DNA of 64,000 nt, taken from a virus. A program made the translations under genes and the position numbers. The DNA lies in the IMG/VR virus record IMGVR_UViG_2974637116_000001; one strand, written 5' to 3'. Each line of letters opens with the position of its first letter. Positions within the stretch are counted from its first letter, which is position 1. Positions 1 through 9,068 of this stretch are shown piece by piece. The notes below the pieces were generated by a model. It saw nothing but the letters and a program-made list of their open reading frames with translations, had not been told where the DNA came from and searched no databases.

Positions 1-609
1 TCCTTTAGAGTTATGATCAATGCGAAACTTTCATATGATGAAGGTGCTGGAGACTTCCCGATCGATAACGACTATCGTCGTATTGGTCTAATCACCAACC
101 CATTGAAGTTTGGTACGGAAGAACTTATTGCAGATTTAACAGTTTCTGCTGGTAAAGCAGTTATTTTCTCCCCCACATTCCAAGGTAATTATTCTCCTGA
201 TGAAATTATTACACAAACAAGAGTTGTTGGTGGTACAAACGTCACTGCTCGTGCTCGTGTTATCTCTTGGAATCCCACAACAAAAGTATTGAAATATTAT
301 CAAAATGATGTTGACGGTATCTTCCCAGAAGTTACTGGTACTCAAAATGAATTTGATGGTTCCAATGTTATTAGTGGAGCTACTTCTGGTGCTGCAGGTA
401 CACCAGATACAAACTTCCCTGCCGTTCCAAACACATCCTCTAGAACTATTAATGCGACAGAGTATGACTTGGGCATGAAATTTAATAATGGTTATGCGAA
501 ACCTGAGATCAAGTCAAACAGCGGCAACGTTGTTTATATAGATAATAGACGAGCAATTAGTCGTGCAAACGACCAAGTAGAAGACATCAAAATCGTAATC
601 GAGTTCTAA
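1..609 (+). CDS. gp8: Baseplate wedge subunit gp8, C-terminal part (5' end truncated by the window)
   Basis: Frame is open from base 1 (S-F-R-V-M...). The C-terminus 'YIDNRRAISRANDQVEDIKIVIEF' is typical of cyanomyophage gp8. Confidence 0.8.
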   Translation, partial: SFRVMINAKLSYDEGAGDFPIDNDYRRIGLITNPLKFGTEELIADLTVSAGKAVIFSPTFQGNYSPDEIITQTRVVGGTNVTARARVISWNPTTKVLKYYQNDVDGIFPEVTGTQNEFDGSNVISGATSGAAGTPDTNFPAVPNTSSRTINATEYDLGMKFNNGYAKPEIKSNSGNVVYIDNRRAISRANDQVEDIKIVIEF

Positions 610-3600
610 TGGCACAAAATACCAATCTTAACGTCTCCCCTTATTACGACGACTTCGATAAGGATAAGAATTTTTATCGAGTCTTGTTCCGTCCTGGATT
701 TCCGATTCAGGCAAGAGAACTTACTACGATGCAAAGCATCTTGCAGAATCAGGTAAAGAGCGTCGGCGCTCACCTGTTCAAAGATGGTGCAATGGTCATT
801 CCAGGTCAAGTAGGTTATGATCTGAATGTTGATGCTATCATGCTTCAGGAATCCTTCCTGGGTGCAAGTGTTGAGCAGTATAGAACTCAGTTGACAGGTA
901 AGATTATTGAAGGTCTTACTTCTGGTATTAAAGCAAAAGTATTATATAGTATCTCCGAAAGTGATTCTGAGAAAGGTTATATCACATTATATGTGAAATA
1001 TATTGAGTCTGGTGGAGAGGGTAATGCACAGACTACGTTCACAAATAATGAGCAGTTAATTACCAATGCAGAAATTACCTTCGGTAGTTCGCTGATTGAA
1101 GTTGGTTCTCCTTTTTCACAACTTCTTCCTACCAACTCTATCCAAACTGGTTCTGTTGCATATGTTCAGACTGGTGTTTATTTCATTAGAGGATTCTTTG
1201 TAGACGTTCCATATCAGTATATCCTTCTGGATCAATATGGTAGTTCTCCTCAATATAGGATTGGTCTCGATATTCTTGAGTCTATTGTTACTCCTGAGGA
1301 TGATGTATCACTCAATGATAACGCTGCAGGAACATCTAACTATGCTGCTCCTGGTTCGCATAGATTTAAAATTGGTACAAGATTAATCAAAAAACTGCTC
1401 AATGATGATGCAGATAAAGACTTTATCGAACTACTTCGTATCAATGGTAATAGGGTAGAAAACCTTGTCGATAGAAGTGCATATAGCGAATTAGAAAGAT
1501 CTTTAGCAACTAGAACTTACGAAGAGTCTGGTGACTACGTAGTTAGAGATTTCCAAATCACCATAAGAGAAAATCTTGATGATGGTTTTAACAATGGTGT
1601 ATATCAACTTAATGAGATTACTAGTAGCGGCAATGCATCTAGAGAATCTCTGTATTCAGTAGAACTTGGTCCTGGTGCTGCATATGTTAGAGGATATCGT
1701 GTTAAGACACTCTCCCCAACATATGTCGATTTAGAAAAACCAAGAGATACCAAGGCAGCACAAAATGCTATTGTTCCCTTTGAATTAGGAAACTTTAGTA
1801 TTCTTAATAATATCTATGGATTCCCCAACGTCTCAGGAACATCTCTTGGAAATGCATACCAAACTTTAGAGATTCGAGATAGATTTACAGCAACACCTGG
1901 TATTGCTGCGGGTAATATTATTGGTTATGCCAGAGCGGCATCAATGGAGTTCTATCAGAATCCTGATGGTACATACGGCAATACAGATGATGAGTATAAG
2001 ATAAACATCTTTGATGTCCAATTATTCACCGTTATTGAATTGGCATCAAATGCAACTATTTCTGCTGGTTCTATCGTAAAAGGAGTATCTTCTGGTGCAA
2101 GTGGTTTAGTTGTTGATGCTGAATCAGCAGACGATCACATTCAACTGTATCATGTTTCAGGTTATTTTGAATCTGGTGAAATGGTGACAGTTGATGGTAT
2201 TAATTTAGATACTATTGAAAAAGTATATGATTATGCTTATTCGGATGCAAGACAATTCCTTACTAGAGACGAAAATACTAATGCTATTGAGTTTACTGGT
2301 GATGTAGTTTTACAAGATGAACTACAACTTCAAGGTCTATCGTTTACATATCAAAATCTCGACGGTAATGTAACTGGCACATCTTTAGATGTTGCGGGTA
2401 CAGGATATATTAGCGGTACTAATATTACTGCCACTGGTGGTGACGGTACTGGGTTGACGGTTGATATTACTGCGAGCAGTGGCACGATTTCATCTGCAGT
2501 CGTTAATACTGCGGGTTCTGGATATTCAGTTGGCAATTCTGTTACTGTTGCAAACTCTAGAAGCACTGGTGTTAATACATTAGGTACTATTGCTACTGCA
2601 GGCACTGGATATACTGCTACTACTGGACTTGCAACAACTTCAGCTGGTTCTGGTACTGGTCTTATTGTTGATATTACTGCGGATGCTAGTGGTGCCGTTC
2701 AAACAGTAGCAGTCAATTCTTCATCATTGTCAGATGGTAGTGGATATGCAAATAGCGAAGTGATTACGATCACAAACGTTAATGCAAGTGGTATTGCTAC
2801 TATTGACACCATTGGTGCTGCAGATGCTTCAAGAACTGCTGGTACATATACAATCGGTGCTTCCGATTACACCACAGATTCTGCTTCTGGTACTGGAGCA
2901 GAATTCTCAATTGTTGTTGATGGTACAGGTGCTGCAACAGTTACTATCACCACTGATGGTTTGACTTATGTTGTAGATGATACTTTTACTGTACAAGATG
3001 CTCAACTTGGTGGCGGCGGTGGTGCTGCTCTGACCTTTGATGTTGCATCTCTGCATGGTAATGGATGTACAGTTCCTGTATCTGCGATTCATGGCAATGG
3101 ACAGACTCTACAAATTACTGCAATCGGAAATTCCAGTATCGTCGGTCTCAATTCAAATTTTGCTGCAGATCTTCGTCCTGGTGATAGAATTTTCTTTAGT
3201 AAAACTGAATATGTGGATGTTGATTTTGTTTCTACTAATAATCTTACTGGAACTGGACCAGAGTATATCTTCGACTACTCTGCACAAAGAGTAAACATTA
3301 CTCCCCCTTCTGCAAACTTTCCTACTGCTGGAGATTACAATACATTAATTCGTTATAGAGCACAACTTTCTGGAAATGAAGAAAACTCAGATCTTCTGAC
3401 CAGAATGCCTAAGGGATATATCAAATCAATTTCTGACGAGTCTATGACAGTTAGAAGAACTTTTGATTCTCAAACTGTCTCTGCGAACTCAGTATCTATT
3501 ACTCTACCAGAAAATGAACAATTCTCTGCGATCTCTGAGGTAAATTATTCATTCACGGTTCTTGCATCAACTAATGGTTCGTATCCAGTAGGTGCTCAAA

Positions 3601-6600
3601 TTCCTATTGATACTACCAATAGCGGAAATTTAGGATATACTATCTTCACTTCTTCTGATAGAACTACCATTCAGATTAATAATCTGACTAGTATCACATC
3701 AATTAAAGTTACTGCTACCATTTCTAAAAATGTTACTCAGAGAAAGACAAAATCTTCTCAGAAAATGTTTGTCTTGAAAGTTACAAGAACTATTCAAGAC
3801 TTAGATAAGCAAAATTATAACCTTGCTTATCTTAATATTTACGGTACTAGAATTGAAGACCAAGAAATATCTTTAGGTCTTAAGGATGCATTTAATTTGC
3901 ATGCTGTTTATGAGTCTTTGGACGATAATGATCCCGTAATTCCATCAGTAACCTTAGTAGAACCCAAGTTCTTTGAGGTAGGTTCAATTGTTACTGGTAA
4001 AACTTCTAAAGCTAGAGCAAAAGTAGTTGAATTTGCATCTGGTTCTTTACAACTTTCTGTTGTATATCTTAGTGGTCAATTTGTTTTGGGAGAAACTGTC
4101 ACTGGTTTTGATAGTAACGGTGATATCCTTACAGGTATTATTAACGATGCTGATGGTTCTGTAGTTGTAGGTTCTAAAGTAGTTACTGATAGATATTTCT
4201 TACAACCAGGACAGACTGGATTTATGTATGATTGTTCTAGAGTCATCCGTAAGAAAGGAACTCCCACTCCTATTAGAAAATTAAAAGTAGTTTTAGATTA
4301 TTACAGTCACTCTGCTACTGGAGATTATTTCGGTGGTCAGTCTTACTTAGACACTGTATATGAAGACATTCCTGATTTTGAAGATAAGTATCTTGCAGAT
4401 TACTTGGATTTCCGTCCTGGTATTAAAAACTTATTTAATGGTACTGGCACTGTTTCATCTCCAGCATTTGTAAACTGTTCTACGTTTGACTTTAAATCAA
4501 GAGTGTTTAACGTAAGTGGCACTCCTACAGCAACTGTATTTGATATTCCTAAGTTGAATAGCGACTTCCGTTGCGATTATGATTGGTATCTTGCTAGGGT
4601 TGATAAATTATATCTTGACGAGAATGGTGATTTCCAAGTAGTTAAAGGTAAGTCTGCAGAAGTTCCTAATGAACCAGATGATCTTCAGAATGCAATGCTA
4701 CTTGCAATTCTTCGTCACCAACCATATGGATTTAATCCAGAAAAAGATGTTGCCATTGAAAAGTCTGATAATAGACGTTATACAATGCGAGACATTGGTA
4801 AAATTGAGAATAGATTGAATCAAGTTGAGTATTATACATCACTTAACATGTTGGAAAGTGATACAATGAATCTTAGCATCACCGATGCTAATGGTAATAA
4901 TCGCCTTAAGAATGGATTCTTTGTAGATGACTTTACAAATCAGTCTATGTCAGCAATGAATCTAGAAGACTTTGGTGCTTCTCTAGATTTTGTTGAAGGG
5001 ACATGTCATCCTTCACATTACACAACCAATATTGCATTAGTTGTAAATGATAATTTAAGTTCTGGGACGCAGACAACTGGTCCTATCATTACTTTACCAT
5101 ACACAGAGTCGTTGATTATTGATCAACCCTATGCGTCTCGTGTAGAGAATGTCAACCCATTCAACGTCTTCACATATATTGGTCGTATTGATTTAACACC
5201 ATCTTCAGATGATTGGATTGATACAACTAGAGTTCCTGCTTTAGTTACTAATGTTGAAGGAAACTTTGAATCTACGCTCGTGGCACAAGGAGCAGGCAAC
5301 GATGGGTTTGCACCTGTTCAATGGGGTTCTTGGAGAACAACTTGGAGACGTAGAAGACGTAGAACCAGGACAGTTAACACTAGACGCCGTTCTAACTGGG
5401 GAAGAGGAAGAGCAACTGATAGAATTACAAGAGTTACGACTACCAGAAGACAAACTAGAGAGGGTATTAGAACTCAAGTTGTACCTAGAATTGATAATGT
5501 TTCTCAGGGTGATAGTATCATCGCACAGACATCGATTCCTTTCATTCGTTCTAGGAATATCGATGTAAATATTGCCAGAATGAAACCAAGAACTTCGTTC
5601 TATGCATTCTTTGATGGTAAAAATATCGATGATTACATTGTTCCTAAGATTCTTGAAGTTGTAAAAGATTCTTCAGTTGATGCTAGAACTAATGCTACCC
5701 CGTTTGTTGTTGGTGAAACTGTTACTGGACTAACTTCTGGTATTCAATTCAGAGTCTCTGCTCCTAATGATCATTACGTATTTAATCCATACGATGATGC
5801 AGATATGCCTTCGTCATATGCATCTACAACTAATTTTATTAACGTAGATAGTCTTGCTTTAGCAGCACAAGCTCAAGGTGAATATTATGGTAATGTTCAA
5901 GTCGGAGAAGTTCTTCAGGGGGCGTCTGGTGCTACGGCAGTTGTTGCTAACAGAAGAATTATCTCAGATAGATTGGGACAATTTAGAGGTTCGTTATTCA
6001 TTCCAGATCCCAGTGTAGATTCTAATCCTAGATGGCAAACTGGTGCTAGAACTCTTCGTTTCACAACTAATGAGAATGATAGCAGACTTGCTGGCGCAGT
6101 TGCTTCTTCTGCAGAAGTTGAGTATGAAGCATCTGGTACTTTGAATACATTAAGAGAAAACGTTCTTGCTGTTCGTAATGCTGATATCGTTCGTGATACA
6201 GTAACTCAAAGAAGAACTCTTCGTACAACTCGTACAAACCGCCGTCAAGTTGGTTGGTGGGATCCTCTAGCACAATCATTCCTTATTGAAGAGCAAGGTG
6301 GTGTATTCGTAACATCCGTTGAGGTTTACTTTAATGCTAAGGATGATAATATTCCCATCTCTATGCAGATTCGTACAATGGAAAATGGTTATCCAACAAC
6401 AACCATTCTTCCCTTCTCTGATGTTACTATTACACCAGTTGATATTCAAACATCAGAAACTGGTGCAATCGCAACCAAGTTTGTATTTAGAGCACCTGTT
6501 TACATCCCAGAATCCATCGAACATTGCTTTGTTCTATTCTCAGACTCTAACGAGTATCAGGTTTGGATTTCTAGAATGGGTGAACTAGATATTTCTGGTG

Positions 6601-8546
6601 ATAGAACAATCTCTGAGCAACCTTATGCTGGTGTATTGTTCAAATCACAGAACGCAACTACTTGGACAGCAGACCAGTACGAGGATCTTAAGTTCTCTCT
6701 GTATAAAGCAGCATTTGACACTACAACACAGTCTACTATTGTTTTAAATAACGCTGAGTTGAATATTGGTAATGCTGGCAGACTGAGACTCCCCGTTGAT
6801 CCTGTTCAAACATTCCAACCTGAATTGCAATTGGTTACTAATTCAACATCAATTAACTATACTATTGGTGCTAGAATTTACCAGAAGACGACTTTGGCAG
6901 AGGGTACTATTATCAAGTTTACCGAAAGTGCTGGTGGTAACATTGTTACTATCAATGATATTTCTGGTAGTTGGCAGCAAGGTTCTGATACTGGTGGTGC
7001 CATCCTTAATAGAATCGTTTCATCTAAGACATTAGCAACAATGATTGTTGCTGGTGCATCTGGTGACTTTGAAGTTGGTGAAACAATTACTGGTAACTCA
7101 GCAACTGCTCCTACTGCAGAAGTTGTTTCTTGGGATAGTGGAACTAATACGTTAACACTTAAGTATGTCTCTACAGTCTTTACTGTTAGTACTGAAACTA
7201 TTAGTGGTGGAAATACTACGGTAACTGCAACTGTAGATTCAATCACATATTCTGGTGATGCAACATCAGGTTCGCCTCTTGCTGTAAATGATGCCTTTGT
7301 AAGCACAAGTCCGACATATACCACAGGTCAAAGAAAGGTTAGAGTTCGCCACAGAAATCATGGTATGCATGATGTTGATAACAACGTCGAAATTATTAAT
7401 GTTCAATCTGAAGTTAGTGAGACGTATTTGACTTCTTCAATTTCCAATTCGGATACTACAATCTCGGTTAATGATGCTTTGGCATTCCACCAAAGAATCA
7501 ATGGTGGATCTGTTGGAACATCCAATCCTGGATTTATTAAAATTGAAAATGAAATTATTTCTTACTCAGCAATTAGTGGTGATGGTAAAACCATTACTGT
7601 ATATGAAAGAGGAGTTGGATCTACCACTGCTGCAGCACATGCCGATGAATCTATCGTTGAGTGCTATAATCTTGACGGCATTCCTCTAACAGAGATTAAT
7701 AAAACGCACATTGGAATCTCATCTCCAACTTTAGATTCTTACGATGTCACTACTACTTCTATTAGTAGTAGGGGTATAAATGCTGGTGGTATCAATGTAG
7801 TTGCTACGCAAAATATTCAATATGAAATTCTTGCTCCACAATTACAAACACTGGTTATGCCCAATACAAGTCTCAATGCTAGGGTTAATACTGTAAGTGG
7901 TTCATCTATTAATGATGGTGAAACTTCTACTCAAAATTCCTTTGTCAATGATGGATTGTTTAATGACATCTTATTAGAAGATGATAATTACTTTGATGCT
8001 CCTCAAATTATTTGTTCTAAGGCAAATGAAGATGCTGAACTTGGTGGTGCTAAGTCATTTAGAATGGATGTAGCAATGGCAAGTGAGAATCCTAATCTCT
8101 CTCCTGTTTTTGACACAGATCGGATGTCAGCAACTCTAATTAGTAGCAGAATTAATAGTCCTGCTAATGCTAACTCAGCATTGCTCCCAACAGGTGACGA
8201 ACATGATGCAGTTTACATCAGTAAAATTGCAGCACTAACAAACCCATCAACGTCAATTAAGTTGATGTTCTCTGGGTATCGTCCTCCTAACACATTCATT
8301 AAACCACTATATAGAGTGTTACCGAAAGGTTCGACTGAATCTATTGAAAATCTAGGATTCCAGTACTTCCCAACAACGGAAGCTACAATTCCTTCAACTG
8401 AGGAGGAAGAAGTCTATAGAGATTATGAATACGAGGTAACAGGATTGGATTATACTCAATATCAGATTAAAATTCTTCTGATATCTTCTAACCAAGCGTA
8501 TACACCAATCATTAAAGATCTTCGTGGAATCGCTCTTGCTGTATAA
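609..8546 (+). CDS. Large virion structural protein, DUF4815/VrlC-like (2645 aa)
   Basis: N-terminus 'MAQNTNLNVSPYYDDFDKDKNFYRVLFRPGFPIQARELTTMQSILQNQ', internal 'WDPLAQSF' and C-terminal 'PIIKDLRGIALAV' are family hallmarks. It follows gp8. Confidence 0.8.
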   Translation: MAQNTNLNVSPYYDDFDKDKNFYRVLFRPGFPIQARELTTMQSILQNQVKSVGAHLFKDGAMVIPGQVGYDLNVDAIMLQESFLGASVEQYRTQLTGKIIEGLTSGIKAKVLYSISESDSEKGYITLYVKYIESGGEGNAQTTFTNNEQLITNAEITFGSSLIEVGSPFSQLLPTNSIQTGSVAYVQTGVYFIRGFFVDVPYQYILLDQYGSSPQYRIGLDILESIVTPEDDVSLNDNAAGTSNYAAPGSHRFKIGTRLIKKLLNDDADKDFIELLRINGNRVENLVDRSAYSELERSLATRTYEESGDYVVRDFQITIRENLDDGFNNGVYQLNEITSSGNASRESLYSVELGPGAAYVRGYRVKTLSPTYVDLEKPRDTKAAQNAIVPFELGNFSILNNIYGFPNVSGTSLGNAYQTLEIRDRFTATPGIAAGNIIGYARAASMEFYQNPDGTYGNTDDEYKINIFDVQLFTVIELASNATISAGSIVKGVSSGASGLVVDAESADDHIQLYHVSGYFESGEMVTVDGINLDTIEKVYDYAYSDARQFLTRDENTNAIEFTGDVVLQDELQLQGLSFTYQNLDGNVTGTSLDVAGTGYISGTNITATGGDGTGLTVDITASSGTISSAVVNTAGSGYSVGNSVTVANSRSTGVNTLGTIATAGTGYTATTGLATTSAGSGTGLIVDITADASGAVQTVAVNSSSLSDGSGYANSEVITITNVNASGIATIDTIGAADASRTAGTYTIGASDYTTDSASGTGAEFSIVVDGTGAATVTITTDGLTYVVDDTFTVQDAQLGGGGGAALTFDVASLHGNGCTVPVSAIHGNGQTLQITAIGNSSIVGLNSNFAADLRPGDRIFFSKTEYVDVDFVSTNNLTGTGPEYIFDYSAQRVNITPPSANFPTAGDYNTLIRYRAQLSGNEENSDLLTRMPKGYIKSISDESMTVRRTFDSQTVSANSVSITLPENEQFSAISEVNYSFTVLASTNGSYPVGAQIPIDTTNSGNLGYTIFTSSDRTTIQINNLTSITSIKVTATISKNVTQRKTKSSQKMFVLKVTRTIQDLDKQNYNLAYLNIYGTRIEDQEISLGLKDAFNLHAVYESLDDNDPVIPSVTLVEPKFFEVGSIVTGKTSKARAKVVEFASGSLQLSVVYLSGQFVLGETVTGFDSNGDILTGIINDADGSVVVGSKVVTDRYFLQPGQTGFMYDCSRVIRKKGTPTPIRKLKVVLDYYSHSATGDYFGGQSYLDTVYEDIPDFEDKYLADYLDFRPGIKNLFNGTGTVSSPAFVNCSTFDFKSRVFNVSGTPTATVFDIPKLNSDFRCDYDWYLARVDKLYLDENGDFQVVKGKSAEVPNEPDDLQNAMLLAILRHQPYGFNPEKDVAIEKSDNRRYTMRDIGKIENRLNQVEYYTSLNMLESDTMNLSITDANGNNRLKNGFFVDDFTNQSMSAMNLEDFGASLDFVEGTCHPSHYTTNIALVVNDNLSSGTQTTGPIITLPYTESLIIDQPYASRVENVNPFNVFTYIGRIDLTPSSDDWIDTTRVPALVTNVEGNFESTLVAQGAGNDGFAPVQWGSWRTTWRRRRRRTRTVNTRRRSNWGRGRATDRITRVTTTRRQTREGIRTQVVPRIDNVSQGDSIIAQTSIPFIRSRNIDVNIARMKPRTSFYAFFDGKNIDDYIVPKILEVVKDSSVDARTNATPFVVGETVTGLTSGIQFRVSAPNDHYVFNPYDDADMPSSYASTTNFINVDSLALAAQAQGEYYGNVQVGEVLQGASGATAVVANRRIISDRLGQFRGSLFIPDPSVDSNPRWQTGARTLRFTTNENDSRLAGAVASSAEVEYEASGTLNTLRENVLAVRNADIVRDTVTQRRTLRTTRTNRRQVGWWDPLAQSFLIEEQGGVFVTSVEVYFNAKDDNIPISMQIRTMENGYPTTTILPFSDVTITPVDIQTSETGAIATKFVFRAPVYIPESIEHCFVLFSDSNEYQVWISRMGELDISGDRTISEQPYAGVLFKSQNATTWTADQYEDLKFSLYKAAFDTTTQSTIVLNNAELNIGNAGRLRLPVDPVQTFQPELQLVTNSTSINYTIGARIYQKTTLAEGTIIKFTESAGGNIVTINDISGSWQQGSDTGGAILNRIVSSKTLATMIVAGASGDFEVGETITGNSATAPTAEVVSWDSGTNTLTLKYVSTVFTVSTETISGGNTTVTATVDSITYSGDATSGSPLAVNDAFVSTSPTYTTGQRKVRVRHRNHGMHDVDNNVEIINVQSEVSETYLTSSISNSDTTISVNDALAFHQRINGGSVGTSNPGFIKIENEIISYSAISGDGKTITVYERGVGSTTAAAHADESIVECYNLDGIPLTEINKTHIGISSPTLDSYDVTTTSISSRGINAGGINVVATQNIQYEILAPQLQTLVMPNTSLNARVNTVSGSSINDGETSTQNSFVNDGLFNDILLEDDNYFDAPQIICSKANEDAELGGAKSFRMDVAMASENPNLSPVFDTDRMSATLISSRINSPANANSALLPTGDEHDAVYISKIAALTNPSTSIKLMFSGYRPPNTFIKPLYRVLPKGSTESIENLGFQYFPTTEATIPSTEEEEVYRDYEYEVTGLDYTQYQIKILLISSNQAYTPIIKDLRGIALAV

Positions 8547-8788
8547 TGAGTCAACTACCTGTAAAAGGGCATGATGATTGGTATCGAGACTCCCAGAAAG
8601 GGAGTTTTGATAATTCCAATAGTGCCGAATATAATAAATTTATGTCAGCATATCAAGCTAGACAAAAAGAGTCTGAAGAAAAAGAGGCTTTACAAAAGGA
8701 TGTTTATCAGTTAAAATCTGATATGAGTGAGATCAAGTCTCTCTTACTAACGTTAGTTCAAAATCGAGAAACACATTATGACAATTGA
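8546..8788 (+). CDS. Hypothetical protein with a coiled-coil C-terminus (80 aa)
   Basis: TAATG-coupled to the upstream gene; heptad-like C-terminus. Confidence 0.65.
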   Translation: MSQLPVKGHDDWYRDSQKGSFDNSNSAEYNKFMSAYQARQKESEEKEALQKDVYQLKSDMSEIKSLLLTLVQNRETHYDN

Positions 8789-8993
8789 AAAAGTATCTCA
8801 AGATGAAATGCTTGTGCAATTCAAAGAACGATATTCAAAACTGATTGATGAAAATCAGAAGATGGCATCACAAATTAAGGAAAACGAAGTTCAAGCATTG
8901 AAACTCCAAGGTGCTATTGAAACTCTTGAATACTATAATACTCAAGAAGAAACTGCTTCAAATCCTCCAGATGAAGACGAAACAGAAGAATAA
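8778..8993 (+). CDS. Hypothetical coiled-coil protein with an acidic tail (71 aa)
   Basis: Overlaps the previous gene and is followed by a terminator. Confidence 0.65.
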   Translation: MTIEKVSQDEMLVQFKERYSKLIDENQKMASQIKENEVQALKLQGAIETLEYYNTQEETASNPPDEDETEE

Positions 8994-8998
8994 TTACT

Positions 8999-9022
8999 AG
9001 GGGGACTACGGTCCTCTTTTTT
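8999..9022 (+). terminator. Rho-independent terminator
   Basis: AGGGGGAC-TACG-GTCCTCTT stem with a UNCG loop, followed by a T run. Confidence 0.85.
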
Positions 9023-9028
9023 ATTGCA

Positions 9029-9036
9029 TATAAATA
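9029..9036 (+). promoter_or_regulatory. T4-type late promoter (gp55-dependent)
   Basis: Exact TATAAATA about 33 nt upstream of the fibre ATG. Confidence 0.85.
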
Positions 9037-9068
9037 ACTCAGAAGCGTAATCTCTCACCTTTTCGGGA

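Noticed and set aside
5251-5568. Glu/Leu-rich overlapping + strand ORF suggesting a frameshift at the Arg tract
   Set aside because: The main 2645-aa frame is uninterrupted with family-like flanks. The alternative frame is a by-product of AGA/CGT-rich codons.
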